IMG/VR virus record: IMGVR_UViG_3300032050_000010
Direction: 5' to 3' (one strand)
DNA from: a virus
Length of the DNA: 64,000 nt
Position 1 is the stretch's first letter; each line of letters opens with the position of its first letter. Below, in pieces: positions 46,521 to 55,367 of the stretch. Both the position numbers and the translations under genes were made by a program. The notes under the pieces were generated by a model that was given only the letters and a program-made list of their open reading frames with translations, made no database searches and was not told the DNA's origin.

Positions 46521-47636
46521 ATGAAGTTCCTTAAGCATGGTAATGCCTGGTCACTCACCCCCAACGCTCGGATGGATGTTCGAGACACATTGCCCGCAGG
46601 CAACTACACCGTCTGTAAGAACCCACTTACAGGCGAGTACTTCCTAGAGGAGAGTGAGCGTTTCACTCTACCCCGAAAGCTCTACGGCAAGACGGAGCGG
46701 CACGGTGAGCGCATTCTCAGCTCCTTCAAGGGGCGCCAGCCCGGATCGCAGGTAGGTGTCTTTCTCAGCGGTACCAAGGGATCCGGTAAGACACTCCTGG
46801 CAAAGTATGTCGCGATCCAGTCGGGCCTCCCGGTAATTATTGTCAATACACCCTACACGGACGAGCGCTTCATGCGCACCATCCAGGGCATCGAGCAACC
46901 CGCAGTTGTCCTGTTTGATGAGTTCGAGAAGCTCTACAATCAGGAGGATCAGGAGTCGATCCTCACCCTGTTCGACGGTGTCTACACTGCTCAGAACAAG
47001 ATCATGATCATCACCTGCAACGACAAGTGGGCAGTCCGTGAGTTCTTCCACAACCGCCCGTCTCGCCTCCGCTACTCGATCAACTTCGAGGGTCTCACCG
47101 CAGAGTTTGTGGAGGAGTACTGTGATGACCAGCTGCAGGACCGCAAGTACCTGAAGAGCATCCTCACCCTGCTTGGAACAACCGACGAGTTCAACTTCGA
47201 CATGCTTCAGACGTTGGTCGATGAGCTCAACCGATGGGGCGGTGACTTCGAGGAGACGCTTGAGATCCTCAACGTGAAGCCTATCACCACCGCTCGGTCC
47301 AAGTGGACACTCAGCGTTGCGACACCCGACGAACCCAGTTCCAAGTGGAAGTTCAGCTACGGAGAAACAGTGAGCCGCAGTCCTCTCATGTACATGCAGG
47401 TCGGTAAGCACGGTCACGGTTGTCTCGAGGTGGGCGTCAAGCGGATCGGTGATGATGAGGATGATGACCATGAGGAGATCGATCTTGCACTCCGTAGTGA
47501 GCACCTCTATAAGGTTGATCCCGCGAGCGGAACGATGGTCCTTAAGATCACTCAGCGAGGCCACAACTTCGTGGTCACCATCAAGGAGGAACGGATGGGC
47601 AATGGCTGGGGCTTCTTCGACCGGGATGCATTCTGA
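46521..47636 (+). CDS. AAA+ ATPase
   Basis: GTKGSGKT, LFDEFEK, LFDG, NRPSR. Confidence 0.9.
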   Translation: MKFLKHGNAWSLTPNARMDVRDTLPAGNYTVCKNPLTGEYFLEESERFTLPRKLYGKTERHGERILSSFKGRQPGSQVGVFLSGTKGSGKTLLAKYVAIQSGLPVIIVNTPYTDERFMRTIQGIEQPAVVLFDEFEKLYNQEDQESILTLFDGVYTAQNKIMIITCNDKWAVREFFHNRPSRLRYSINFEGLTAEFVEEYCDDQLQDRKYLKSILTLLGTTDEFNFDMLQTLVDELNRWGGDFEETLEILNVKPITTARSKWTLSVATPDEPSSKWKFSYGETVSRSPLMYMQVGKHGHGCLEVGVKRIGDDEDDDHEEIDLALRSEHLYKVDPASGTMVLKITQRGHNFVVTIKEERMGNGWGFFDRDAF

Positions 47637-47866
47637 TGGGCAAGATGGTGACACACGCGATCACAGTCAAAGGGATCGTCTACGGCACGATGCACGTCAC
47701 ATGTTCAGAGGATGAGCACCGGCCTGAGAAGCTAGGTGACGAGGTCGATTGGGACTGGGATAGCGTCGAGATGGTCGAAGTCGTCGACAGTGAGATCATT
47801 GATGGGTGGGAAGAGCCGGACGAGGAGGAGGAAGATCAGTCGACCGTGAACGGGGGTGCCAAGTGA
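47636..47866 (+). CDS. Acidic hypothetical protein
   Basis: Coupled ORF. Confidence 0.45.
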   Translation: MGKMVTHAITVKGIVYGTMHVTCSEDEHRPEKLGDEVDWDWDSVEMVEVVDSEIIDGWEEPDEEEEDQSTVNGGAK

Positions 47867-48270
47867 TGGTCCTGATCGCGTCGCTCCTCGGGTGTCTGAC
47901 AACGTCTCACTACAACGCTCGTGCTGAGGTGCGCTCTGTGACGTCAGGCGGCGGCTCACGAGAGTTCTACGTCGCAGCCGACATGTTCTGCGGTCCCGCT
48001 CTCTTTCCGATGGTGAGGAGTGGGCAGTGGCATCCCGTCACGATCAGGATCATGAGGTGTGAGATCGTCTCGTCGGGCAAGGCGACCAAGACGCAGTGCG
48101 ACGCTGTCGCTGACACTGAGACACTGGGCATCGCGTCAACCGCGGCAAACGGGGATCGATTCAAGATCACGAGCGGAAACGTGATGTGTCCCTACCTCAA
48201 GCTCGGCGGCATGGACGTGTCGGGCTTCACGCCCTACGATCCTGAGACAGCGAGCGACGTAGACTTTTAG
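47866..48270 (+). CDS. Putative lipoprotein
   Basis: MVLIASLLGC lipobox-like. Confidence 0.4.
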   Translation: MVLIASLLGCLTTSHYNARAEVRSVTSGGGSREFYVAADMFCGPALFPMVRSGQWHPVTIRIMRCEIVSSGKATKTQCDAVADTETLGIASTAANGDRFKITSGNVMCPYLKLGGMDVSGFTPYDPETASDVDF

Positions 48271-48410
48271 GTGGAGGACAGGACAGCATGACCAGTGTAC
48301 TATGAGGAGGTCAGGCGCGCGGCGATGGGAAACGGGGAGCTGTTCCACGTCGCGGCCTTCGTCGCAATCATCGACGGATGGGAAGAAGATCCTGAGTAGG
48401 AGAGCCTGAC

Positions 48411-49086
48411 ATGAAGGCAGGTGACATCGTCAAGCTGAACAGCTGGTTTCATCAAACTGTCTCAGTATTCCCAGAGCCTAATCCACAGACAACAATCGGT
48501 GACATTGAGTATCCAAGAGGGACGATTGCTCTAATTCTCGAGGTTCTCGACAGTCACGAAGATGACGGCCCAAGCATGAATACGTACATGCGTGTTCTTG
48601 TCGGAGGAAAGGTGGGTTATGTCCGTGCATATTCCTGCGAGGAGATCAAGTGAACGTGGGTGACCTGGTCAGGTTCTGGACACCTGCGGTCCCAAAGAGC
48701 CTGCAACACAATGGGATCATCATAGATGTCACTCACGAGAATGTGGGCGGTCTAAAGATGGGGAGCATGTACCACGTGCTCACATCCCGTGGGCAGATCG
48801 TGACAATGACTGTGGGTGGCCTGGAGCTCGTGTCACCCGTGCAAGACAACTTGAGCGTGGTATGATGCAGCTGTGAGGAGAGGCAATGAAGCCCGGTGAC
48901 CTTGTGCAATACACACTACGGCGAAGAGGTTCGACTGCGCCCTACCCAATCGGGATCCTGCTTGAGATCCGGCCTAAGTCGCATCCACTCATTCGGGAAC
49001 GCGAGCACGACTACATCGTCCTAATCGGTGGCGAGACACGAACTACGACACGACGATATCTAAAACCGATCGAGGAGGCACAATGA
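48411..49086 (+). repeat. Three tandem MxxGD(L/I)V mini-genes (48411-48653, 48650-48865, 48886-49086)
   Basis: MKAGDIV, MNVGDLV and MKPGDLV starts; SH3-like pattern. Confidence 0.7.
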
Positions 49087-49757
49087 AGATCTGGCATTTG
49101 AGCGACACTCACATGAACCACGACCAGCTCGTCATTCCCGATGGTATCGACATGGTGATCCACAGCGGAGACGCCTCGAACTGGCGTGACCCGTACCGTA
49201 ACGAGTCAGAACTTCGTGCCTTCATCGACTGGTTTGCTACCCTGTCGATTCCCCACAAGATCTTCGTCCCAGGAAACCACGACACGTCCCTTGAGAAGGG
49301 CCTGATCACGCGTGAGCTGATTGAGCACCGTGGGATCCACCTCCTCATCAACGAAGAGAAGACGATCGAGGGGCTGCGGATCTGGGGAAGCCCATTCACG
49401 CCACGCTACGGCGACTGGTCATACATGCGGGACCGTGGGACGATCAACCGGCTCTGGGATGAGATCCCGGAGAGCCTCGACATCCTCGTCACGCACGGCC
49501 CACCCTACGGCGTCCTCGACGCAACCTACACCCATCACAACAAGGTGGAGCTTGTGGGTTGCAGTGCACTCCGGAAGCGGGTCGCGAAGGTCCCGCCCCG
49601 GTTCATGCTCTTCGGGCACGTCCACTCAACGGATGACATCCGCAATGCGGGAACGCGGACGGTGTGCGGGCTCCCTACGATCTTCAGCAACGGATCCTGC
49701 TGTGACGACGGACGGATGGGTGTGGTGACGAGCCACGGGAACGTGTTGGAAGTGTGA
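49083..49757 (+). CDS. Metallophosphoesterase (MPPED-like)
   Basis: SDTH, HSGD, GNHD, THGPP, FGHVH. Confidence 0.9.
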   Translation: MKIWHLSDTHMNHDQLVIPDGIDMVIHSGDASNWRDPYRNESELRAFIDWFATLSIPHKIFVPGNHDTSLEKGLITRELIEHRGIHLLINEEKTIEGLRIWGSPFTPRYGDWSYMRDRGTINRLWDEIPESLDILVTHGPPYGVLDATYTHHNKVELVGCSALRKRVAKVPPRFMLFGHVHSTDDIRNAGTRTVCGLPTIFSNGSCCDDGRMGVVTSHGNVLEV

Positions 49758-49792
49758 TAGGATAGCCTATTTAATTGCTAGAGGATGATGCA

Positions 49793-50530
49793 ATGAGATC
49801 AGGTTTCGGCAAAGGTTTTCAAGGACCTAATGTGGGCCTCACGGCAGGTTTCAACTTCGGGTTCAATCGGCCCGATCAACTCAGCACGTCTGGCCTCATG
49901 CTACACCTTGATGCGTCAAATGCTCTCAGTTACCCCGGATCAGGTGCAACCTGGTTCGACCTCGCGACAGATCCTGCAGTGAACAACGCAACGCTCATCA
50001 ACACACCCACTTTCTCAACTGACAAGGGCGGAAGCTTCAACTTCGCGAAAGCCTCATCCGAGAGTGCCACAGTCTCAGGAACCGGGCTCGTTCCACAGAC
50101 TGCCTACACGAAGGCAGTCTGGTTCAACCTTACCGATCTGGTGAGTGACAACAACCTCGTAAGCTCCGAGACGGGTGGTCACTTCATGTATTTTGCAGGT
50201 ACGAACCGCCTCTACTCAGGCCACACAAACTGGGCCGTCTTCTCTGCATATCCGTCAAGCCGGACTTTCTCTGCAGGTGTGTGGTACTTTGCAACTCTCA
50301 CTTTCAACACGACCGACGGGATGACGCTCTATGTCAATGGTGCTTTCGACAGCTCCTACACGGCGAACAAGGCTGCCCACGGTGGCGACGGGTCGGTGAA
50401 CATCGGTCGTTTTGGCGTCGGTAACTTCCTCAATGGCAACATCGCGCAGGTCCTCACGTACAACAGGTCACTTACATCGACCGAAGTTGCTGACCTCTTC
50501 AACATCACTAAGGGAAGATTTGGTATCTGA
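49793..50530 (+). CDS. LamG/concanavalin-like domain protein
   Basis: GLMLHLDA...SYPGSG.TW.DL, W..., LYVNG, GNIAQV..YNRSL. Confidence 0.85.
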   Translation: MRSGFGKGFQGPNVGLTAGFNFGFNRPDQLSTSGLMLHLDASNALSYPGSGATWFDLATDPAVNNATLINTPTFSTDKGGSFNFAKASSESATVSGTGLVPQTAYTKAVWFNLTDLVSDNNLVSSETGGHFMYFAGTNRLYSGHTNWAVFSAYPSSRTFSAGVWYFATLTFNTTDGMTLYVNGAFDSSYTANKAAHGGDGSVNIGRFGVGNFLNGNIAQVLTYNRSLTSTEVADLFNITKGRFGI

Positions 50531-50592
50531 TTAATAATTTGGTTGAACATCTGCACAATCAAAAGCTAAGATAAACTAAATTAGGAGTAAAA

Positions 50593-51291
50593 GTGTACCC
50601 TCAAGATGAGTTTGTCAAGCTGCTAAATGATCTTCCAGACTGGTTTGTTGAGAAAGTTGTAAGCTTCGGCCAGTCTAGTAAGATTACGGCAGGCAATGAG
50701 CAAGAGGTTATTATAGAGAAACTTTTTAATAACCTAGGTGTCCCAGGAATTTCAGCTACGTGCGGTGACGCAATAGACAATACAACACGTGTCAAGAAGT
50801 CACACGTAGATGTTGCTGTTTTCCATAACAATCGGCCTATTATTGCAATTGATGTGAAAAATGGTGGTGCAAATGGCACGGAATCTGCAGGATCTCGTGC
50901 TAATGATGTTGAAGCACGTGTAGAGGGAGCAGCCCAGAAAGGATATGAATACTATGTCTATCTCTTTACACCGCAGTCGGCATGCAATACTCTTGATCAC
51001 GTTGACATTGCAATGAAGAGATTGGCAACCTCAACGATCAGTTGTAAGTTGATTACCGCGAGCTTAAAAGAGAATGACCCTAACCTGCAGGTATTGTGCA
51101 ATGTAATCGCTCAGAATACTGGCGTAAGCGTTGACACAACGATGGTCATGAATGTCTACAATAAGTTGAATGTGCAGCCAAGTCTCAAGGATAGAATTAA
51201 AAGCAAGTCAGAGAAAGTCTACCGTACTGCACTTGAAAGAGAAGAAAAGAAGATAACTAGATCAGGCAAGAAAGCTTCGCGCAATCGTTGA
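50593..51291 (+). CDS. Putative PD-(D/E)xK restriction endonuclease
   Basis: E..., HVDVAV....IAIDVK motif; AT-rich; adjacent to MTase. Confidence 0.45.
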   Translation: MYPQDEFVKLLNDLPDWFVEKVVSFGQSSKITAGNEQEVIIEKLFNNLGVPGISATCGDAIDNTTRVKKSHVDVAVFHNNRPIIAIDVKNGGANGTESAGSRANDVEARVEGAAQKGYEYYVYLFTPQSACNTLDHVDIAMKRLATSTISCKLITASLKENDPNLQVLCNVIAQNTGVSVDTTMVMNVYNKLNVQPSLKDRIKSKSEKVYRTALEREEKKITRSGKKASRNR

Positions 51292-51339
51292 TAAATTAAT
51301 AAACATCTCTAACCCATCTATAATTGTCTAGGAGACAAG

Positions 51340-52167
51340 ATGAAAAAGCTTTTTAAGTGGCCAGGCGGTAAATCATCTGAGATCAAGCAGATCACAGCCT
51401 TGATGCCAACCTCATATGATAGGATCGTTGAACCTTTTGCAGGTTCTGCAGCGCTGTCATTTCACTTAGAGCGACCTGCCATTATAAATGATCTTGATGC
51501 GCAGGTGATGAATTTTTACGCCTGTCTCCAGAAAGATTGGCAGCAGTTGCACAGCCTTATTGAACAAGACAGGAAGTGTCCATACATGCTAAACAGCGAT
51601 CCTGCCAGAGAGACAACACGATCACTTGAAGACGCATACTATGCTGCTAGAACACGTCTAAATTCTGCAAAGTCTCTTAGCTTGTCTAGTCTTGACTTTC
51701 AATCGGCATCTGACTTCTATGTGACGCGCGCGCTCTCGTTCTCAGGCATGATCAGAAACTCACCTAAAGGTGGGTCGAATGTCCCTTATGGGTGGTATAA
51801 GGACTTTAAAAATAGCTTAAATGTTAATGTGAGCAATCTTATTAGCTCTTGGACGATCTTAAACGGATCTTATAGCGCCGTGTCTGCACACCTCACTGAT
51901 GGTGATTTTGTGTTTCTAGACCCGCCATACCGCAGCAGAGCAGGCTATCAGACACCCGACTGGAACGATGTTGACCATCAAAATTTCATTGACTGGACAA
52001 AGTCTTTAAAATGTAAGTGGATGATTGTGCACACAGACGATGATCTATATCGTGCAGAATTTGCAAGCTATAAGATCATCACAAAATCACACATGTATTC
52101 TCAGAACTTCATGGGAAGAAATAATTCTGGTTCTAAAGTAGATCATATTTACATTCTCAACTATTAG
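51340..52167 (+). CDS. DNA adenine methyltransferase (D12/Dam class)
   Basis: KWPGGK, EPFAGSAA, IND, NVPYG, FLDPPY, ILNY. Confidence 0.92.
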   Translation: MKKLFKWPGGKSSEIKQITALMPTSYDRIVEPFAGSAALSFHLERPAIINDLDAQVMNFYACLQKDWQQLHSLIEQDRKCPYMLNSDPARETTRSLEDAYYAARTRLNSAKSLSLSSLDFQSASDFYVTRALSFSGMIRNSPKGGSNVPYGWYKDFKNSLNVNVSNLISSWTILNGSYSAVSAHLTDGDFVFLDPPYRSRAGYQTPDWNDVDHQNFIDWTKSLKCKWMIVHTDDDLYRAEFASYKIITKSHMYSQNFMGRNNSGSKVDHIYILNY

Positions 52168-52193
52168 AACTTCATAAGTCCAGAATGCAACTC

Positions 52194-52222
52194 GTGCAAC
52201 CCGACTCACCATAGGGTATAAT
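52194..52222 (+). promoter_or_regulatory. Putative promoter GTGCAA-N17-TATAAT heading the mini-gene array
   Basis: ATG 52229 is 6 nt downstream of the -10 box. Confidence 0.65.
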
Positions 52223-52228
52223 ACTACC

Positions 52229-52606
52229 ATGGTCAAGAAAGGCTACACTGCAGTTCCCAAAGGCTCTCGCGCAGTCGCGTGGACACCCCGGCGTTGCAAC
52301 AAGAACAGAGTAGTAATCCCACGTGGGGTAAGTGGTGTAGTGACGGGTAAGAGTAACGTCCGTGATTGCAACTGGACCAGGGCCGTTATCGGGGGTGTGG
52401 TCCACACTCTCCATCCTTGGGATTGGGACTTCACACCCATCAGAGTAGGCGAACTTCGCCGCTGGAAGGATGGACGGGCCGGAACATTCTTGGTTGTCAG
52501 TATCGAATCACTGTCATCTTGCCATTGTCTCGGGGACGGCAATGTCTTTGGGACGACCTGCAGGTACCTCGAGGACCTCACGGAGGTGATCAGTGAAACC
52601 CGGTGA
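52229..52606 (+). CDS. Array leader gene (tandem SH3-like units)
   Basis: Internal IRVGEL; ends EVISETR like array members. Confidence 0.55.
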   Translation: MVKKGYTAVPKGSRAVAWTPRRCNKNRVVIPRGVSGVVTGKSNVRDCNWTRAVIGGVVHTLHPWDWDFTPIRVGELRRWKDGRAGTFLVVSIESLSSCHCLGDGNVFGTTCRYLEDLTEVISETR

Positions 52607-52772
52607 TCTCGCAGTCGTCAAGTGCAAGCGGGTTCCCAATCTTAGCGGGAAGGTCGTCCTCCTTGTCGAGTGGCAGAAGCCCCCAGCAGCATTTCAGGGT
52701 AGTCGCTGGCTCTGCCTTGTTGATGGGACAGCACGATCCATCCAGTCAGGCTGGTTGAAGGAGATCAAGTGA
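52593..52772 (+). CDS. MKPGDL mini-protein 1 (59 aa, not in ORF track)
   Basis: MKPGDLAVVK...WLKEIK*. Confidence 0.75.
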   Translation: MKPGDLAVVKCKRVPNLSGKVVLLVEWQKPPAAFQGSRWLCLVDGTARSIQSGWLKEIK

Positions 52773-53005
52773 AGCCCGGCGATCTTCTGCGAACGATCCG
52801 TGGCGGGTTCATCCTACCGGACCCGGAGTACTGGACGAACGACGAGACCGGGACGTCCCTCCCGCTCGCTCGGATGGGCGAGCTCGTCCTCGCCGTGAAG
52901 TTCGACGGCTCTGACAGCGGGAGCTGGGTGAGGGTGATCCATCCCACCCACGGCATCCGAGATATCCTGCTGGGTGATCTGGAGCCTGTCAATGAAACCA
53001 GGTGA
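52769..53005 (+). CDS. MKPGDL mini-protein 2
   Basis: MKPGDLL...EPVNETR*. Confidence 0.75.
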   Translation: MKPGDLLRTIRGGFILPDPEYWTNDETGTSLPLARMGELVLAVKFDGSDSGSWVRVIHPTHGIRDILLGDLEPVNETR

Positions 53006-53210
53006 TCTCGTCACGCTCAACCACCACCGCCGCTATACTGGAATCGACATGGCCGATGGTTACTTCATCGATATCCCAGGCGGTGCCATTGGCGTCTACA
53101 TGGGACTTACCACCGATCGTGAGTACAACATCTATGATCTGGTCCTCACTAAGGGCAGGTTGGTGAAATGCGCCCGGAGCGTCTGGAGTGTCCTCGATGA
53201 AACCCGGTGA
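52992..53210 (+). CDS. MKPGDL mini-protein 3
   Basis: MKPGDLV...VLDETR*. Confidence 0.75.
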   Translation: MKPGDLVTLNHHRRYTGIDMADGYFIDIPGGAIGVYMGLTTDREYNIYDLVLTKGRLVKCARSVWSVLDETR

Positions 53211-53394
53211 CCTTGCCCGTCTCAAGGATATCGGCATCCACAGCGGAGAGATTGTGATGATAGTCAAGGTGCATCCCTGGCGTGATACTCCCAATGCCTT
53301 CGGTTCGTGGATGACAGTTGACTTCATGTTCGACGGACAAGTCGTTGAAGAATGCGACTCGAGCTTCCTGGAGGTGATCGATGAAACCCGGTGA
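53197..53394 (+). CDS. MKPGDL mini-protein 4
   Basis: MKPGDLA...EVIDETR*. Confidence 0.75.
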   Translation: MKPGDLARLKDIGIHSGEIVMIVKVHPWRDTPNAFGSWMTVDFMFDGQVVEECDSSFLEVIDETR

Positions 53395-53581
53395 TCTCGT
53401 TCAAGTCATAAAGGGCGTCCATGGTCAGGGTGAGATCGGAGTCGTCCTGGGCGAGGTCGAAGAGTCACGTAACTGGGACTTGTCCTGTCCTCTGCTCGAG
53501 GTTCTCTTTCACGATGGTCCTCGTGACTGCCACCCGTCGAATCTCCAGAAGCCTGATGGTAGGACCCGGAGGCGTGAATGA
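53381..53581 (+). CDS. MKPGDL mini-protein 5 (KOW-like)
   Basis: MKPGDLVQVIKGVHGQGEIGVV. Confidence 0.75.
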   Translation: MKPGDLVQVIKGVHGQGEIGVVLGEVEESRNWDLSCPLLEVLFHDGPRDCHPSNLQKPDGRTRRRE

Positions 53582-53805
53582 ACCTGGGTGATCTTGTTAG
53601 GCTCGACATTCCCGGCCAGCGTGCTCACGGAAAGATCGGCATTGTCGTGGGCAAGGAGCTAAAAGCCACCTACGATTGGATGCGGGACCACATGGGTCAA
53701 CCTGTCAAATCTTTCAGCTACGAGGTCATGGTTGGAACTGAGGTCTGGCGAGTGGGTTATAATGAACTCCTAGCGGAAACGGAGTGGGACGATGAAGCGC
53801 GGTGA
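53578..53805 (+). CDS. MKPGDL mini-protein 6
   Basis: MNLGDLV...HGKIGIVV...DDEAR*. Confidence 0.75.
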   Translation: MNLGDLVRLDIPGQRAHGKIGIVVGKELKATYDWMRDHMGQPVKSFSYEVMVGTEVWRVGYNELLAETEWDDEAR

Positions 53806-54040
53806 TCTCGTTATCCTGACAAACTGTAACACTAGGTTCGAGGGTTCGTACGGTTACGAATTCGGTTGTAATCCCAAAGGTGACTTAACGCTAAAAGACG
53901 AAGTCTGGGTTCCAAACGGAACTATCGGAATGTACTGTGAGGATCCCAAGGACGACGGAGGAAAGTTCGGTGTCCTCGTCCACGGTCGCCTCCTCTGGTT
54001 CGACCAGATCGATTCGAGGGCCATCAATGAAACCGGGTGA
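53792..54040 (+). CDS. MKPGDL mini-protein 7
   Basis: MKRGDLV...INETG*. Confidence 0.75.
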   Translation: MKRGDLVILTNCNTRFEGSYGYEFGCNPKGDLTLKDEVWVPNGTIGMYCEDPKDDGGKFGVLVHGRLLWFDQIDSRAINETG

Positions 54041-54227
54041 TCTAGTTCGCATAAACCGTAATATCCGCAATGAGAAGCCAGAGACCCGCGCCATCCAAGA
54101 AGGTGCAGTTTTCATGGTTGTCGGACCCGACAAGACATTCTCACGGGATGTTGTCTACATCATGACACCCTTCGGTCTGCAAAGTATTCACGTCTGCTAC
54201 CTGGAAAAGCTCGATGAAACCCGGTGA
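54027..54227 (+). CDS. MKPGDL mini-protein 8
   Basis: MKPGDLV...LDETR*. Confidence 0.75.
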   Translation: MKPGDLVRINRNIRNEKPETRAIQEGAVFMVVGPDKTFSRDVVYIMTPFGLQSIHVCYLEKLDETR

Positions 54228-54408
54228 CATCGTCCGTTTCAAGAGTGGCACGCCCATCTTCAAGCGTCAGGGTGAGACACTCGCGCTCATCACTCGGGTC
54301 GTTCCCCTGGATGAAGGAAGAACAACTTACCTCTGTCTTCTCATGCCTACCGGCGAAGTGAAGGCGAGAAGGATCGAGGATGTCGAGGTGGTCATTGAAG
54401 CCGGGTGA
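54214..54408 (+). CDS. MKPGDL mini-protein 9
   Basis: MKPGDIV...EVVIEAG*. Confidence 0.75.
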   Translation: MKPGDIVRFKSGTPIFKRQGETLALITRVVPLDEGRTTYLCLLMPTGEVKARRIEDVEVVIEAG

Positions 54409-54628
54409 TCTGGTCATCGCGAAGGCAGCCAAGGCCAAGAGGCGGGATCCTCCTCCCGCAATCATGCTCTACAACTGGAGGACGAATGTCTACCACCCGT
54501 GGAAGAACGGAAATCTAGGCATGATCATCGATCTCGACCCGAAGACGGAAGGTGTGATCGTCATGGCTGATGGGAGCGTGGGCTGGGTGTCGCAGGTGAT
54601 CATCGAGGTGGCTGATGAAACCGGGTGA
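54395..54628 (+). CDS. MKPGDL mini-protein 10 (TTG start)
   Basis: (M)KPGDLV...EVADETG*. Confidence 0.7.
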   Translation: MKPGDLVIAKAAKAKRRDPPPAIMLYNWRTNVYHPWKNGNLGMIIDLDPKTEGVIVMADGSVGWVSQVIIEVADETG

Positions 54629-54863
54629 TCTGGTCACAATCCGCAGGATGAACCTCTCCAATACAGCTCGCATCGCCTACATCGAAGTCTACGATAGGTA
54701 CGACCACATCGCAGTCCCCCACAAAAAGAAGTGGGAACACGGTGAGGTTGGCATTCTCCTTGAGGGACGGGACGACAAGCGGGAGATGGTCCAAGTCCTC
54801 CACTGCGGACGGGTAGGGTGGGTCGACGAAGAAATGCTGCGGGTGATCGATGAAGCCGGGTGA
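54615..54863 (+). CDS. MKPGDL mini-protein 11
   Basis: MKPGDLV...RVIDEAG*. Confidence 0.75.
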   Translation: MKPGDLVTIRRMNLSNTARIAYIEVYDRYDHIAVPHKKKWEHGEVGILLEGRDDKREMVQVLHCGRVGWVDEEMLRVIDEAG

Positions 54864-55041
54864 TCTCTGCATGATCGTGCATCCTGCCAGGCGTGAGTGG
54901 AGCGACTCCGACGTCTGCATGATCCTCAGGCCCGTTAGTCATGAGGACGGCATCGACATCTACTCACACTGCGACTGGTGGGTCATGTGGGACGGGCGTG
55001 AGACGGCCTGGGCAAAGACGGATCTGGAGCCCATCGAATGA
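54850..55041 (+). CDS. MKPGDL mini-protein 12
   Basis: MKPGDLC...DLEPIE*. Confidence 0.75.
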   Translation: MKPGDLCMIVHPARREWSDSDVCMILRPVSHEDGIDIYSHCDWWVMWDGRETAWAKTDLEPIE

Positions 55042-55325
55042 ACTTCCTCCGCAGGGTCTATCGCTGGCTCTACGTCCGCGTCAAAGGTCACTATCCGCTC
55101 GGGTCTCTCGTCAAGTTCAAGCCGGGTATCGGATTCGACGGGATCTACTGGAAGTCTCCGGGAGACCCAAGATTTCACGCGATCGGGTTGGTGATCGATG
55201 GGTGGCGGAAGAATGTACACCCGTTGCCGTCGGGTGTGTTTGCTGAGGGAAGTGTGGTGATCTTCGACGGTGAGCGATACGACATGGAGAACTGGGAACT
55301 CGAACCCATCGATGAACCCGTGTAA
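55038..55325 (+). CDS. Terminal array member with N-terminal extension
   Basis: YPLGSLVKF...IGLVID...ELEPIDEPV*. Confidence 0.6.
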   Translation: MNFLRRVYRWLYVRVKGHYPLGSLVKFKPGIGFDGIYWKSPGDPRFHAIGLVIDGWRKNVHPLPSGVFAEGSVVIFDGERYDMENWELEPIDEPV

Positions 55326-55348
55326 ATGGGCGCGACATGTGGTACAAT
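55320..55348 (+). promoter_or_regulatory. Putative promoter GTGTAA-N17-TACAAT
   Basis: Extended -10 TGGTACAAT. Confidence 0.6.
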
Positions 55349-55367
55349 TGCCTCATAAGGAGGCGAC

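Larger units (their letters stand above)
52593..55041 (+). repeat. Tandem array of 12 MKPGDL-family mini-genes with conserved junction motif
   Basis: Starts at 52593, 52769, 52992, 53197, 53381, 53578, 53792, 54027, 54214, 54395, 54615, 54850; junction consensus GGAGGTGATCG-ATGAAACCCGGTGA-TCT. Confidence 0.9.

Noticed and set aside
46668-47654. 328-aa minus-strand ORF and the many other antisense ORFs
   Set aside because: Shadows of codon-biased + strand genes, with no motifs
52593-55041. CRISPR array or classical integron
   Set aside because: The repeats are degenerate and coding, spacing is ~175-235 nt and variable, and there is no attC-like palindrome, cas gene or integrase in view
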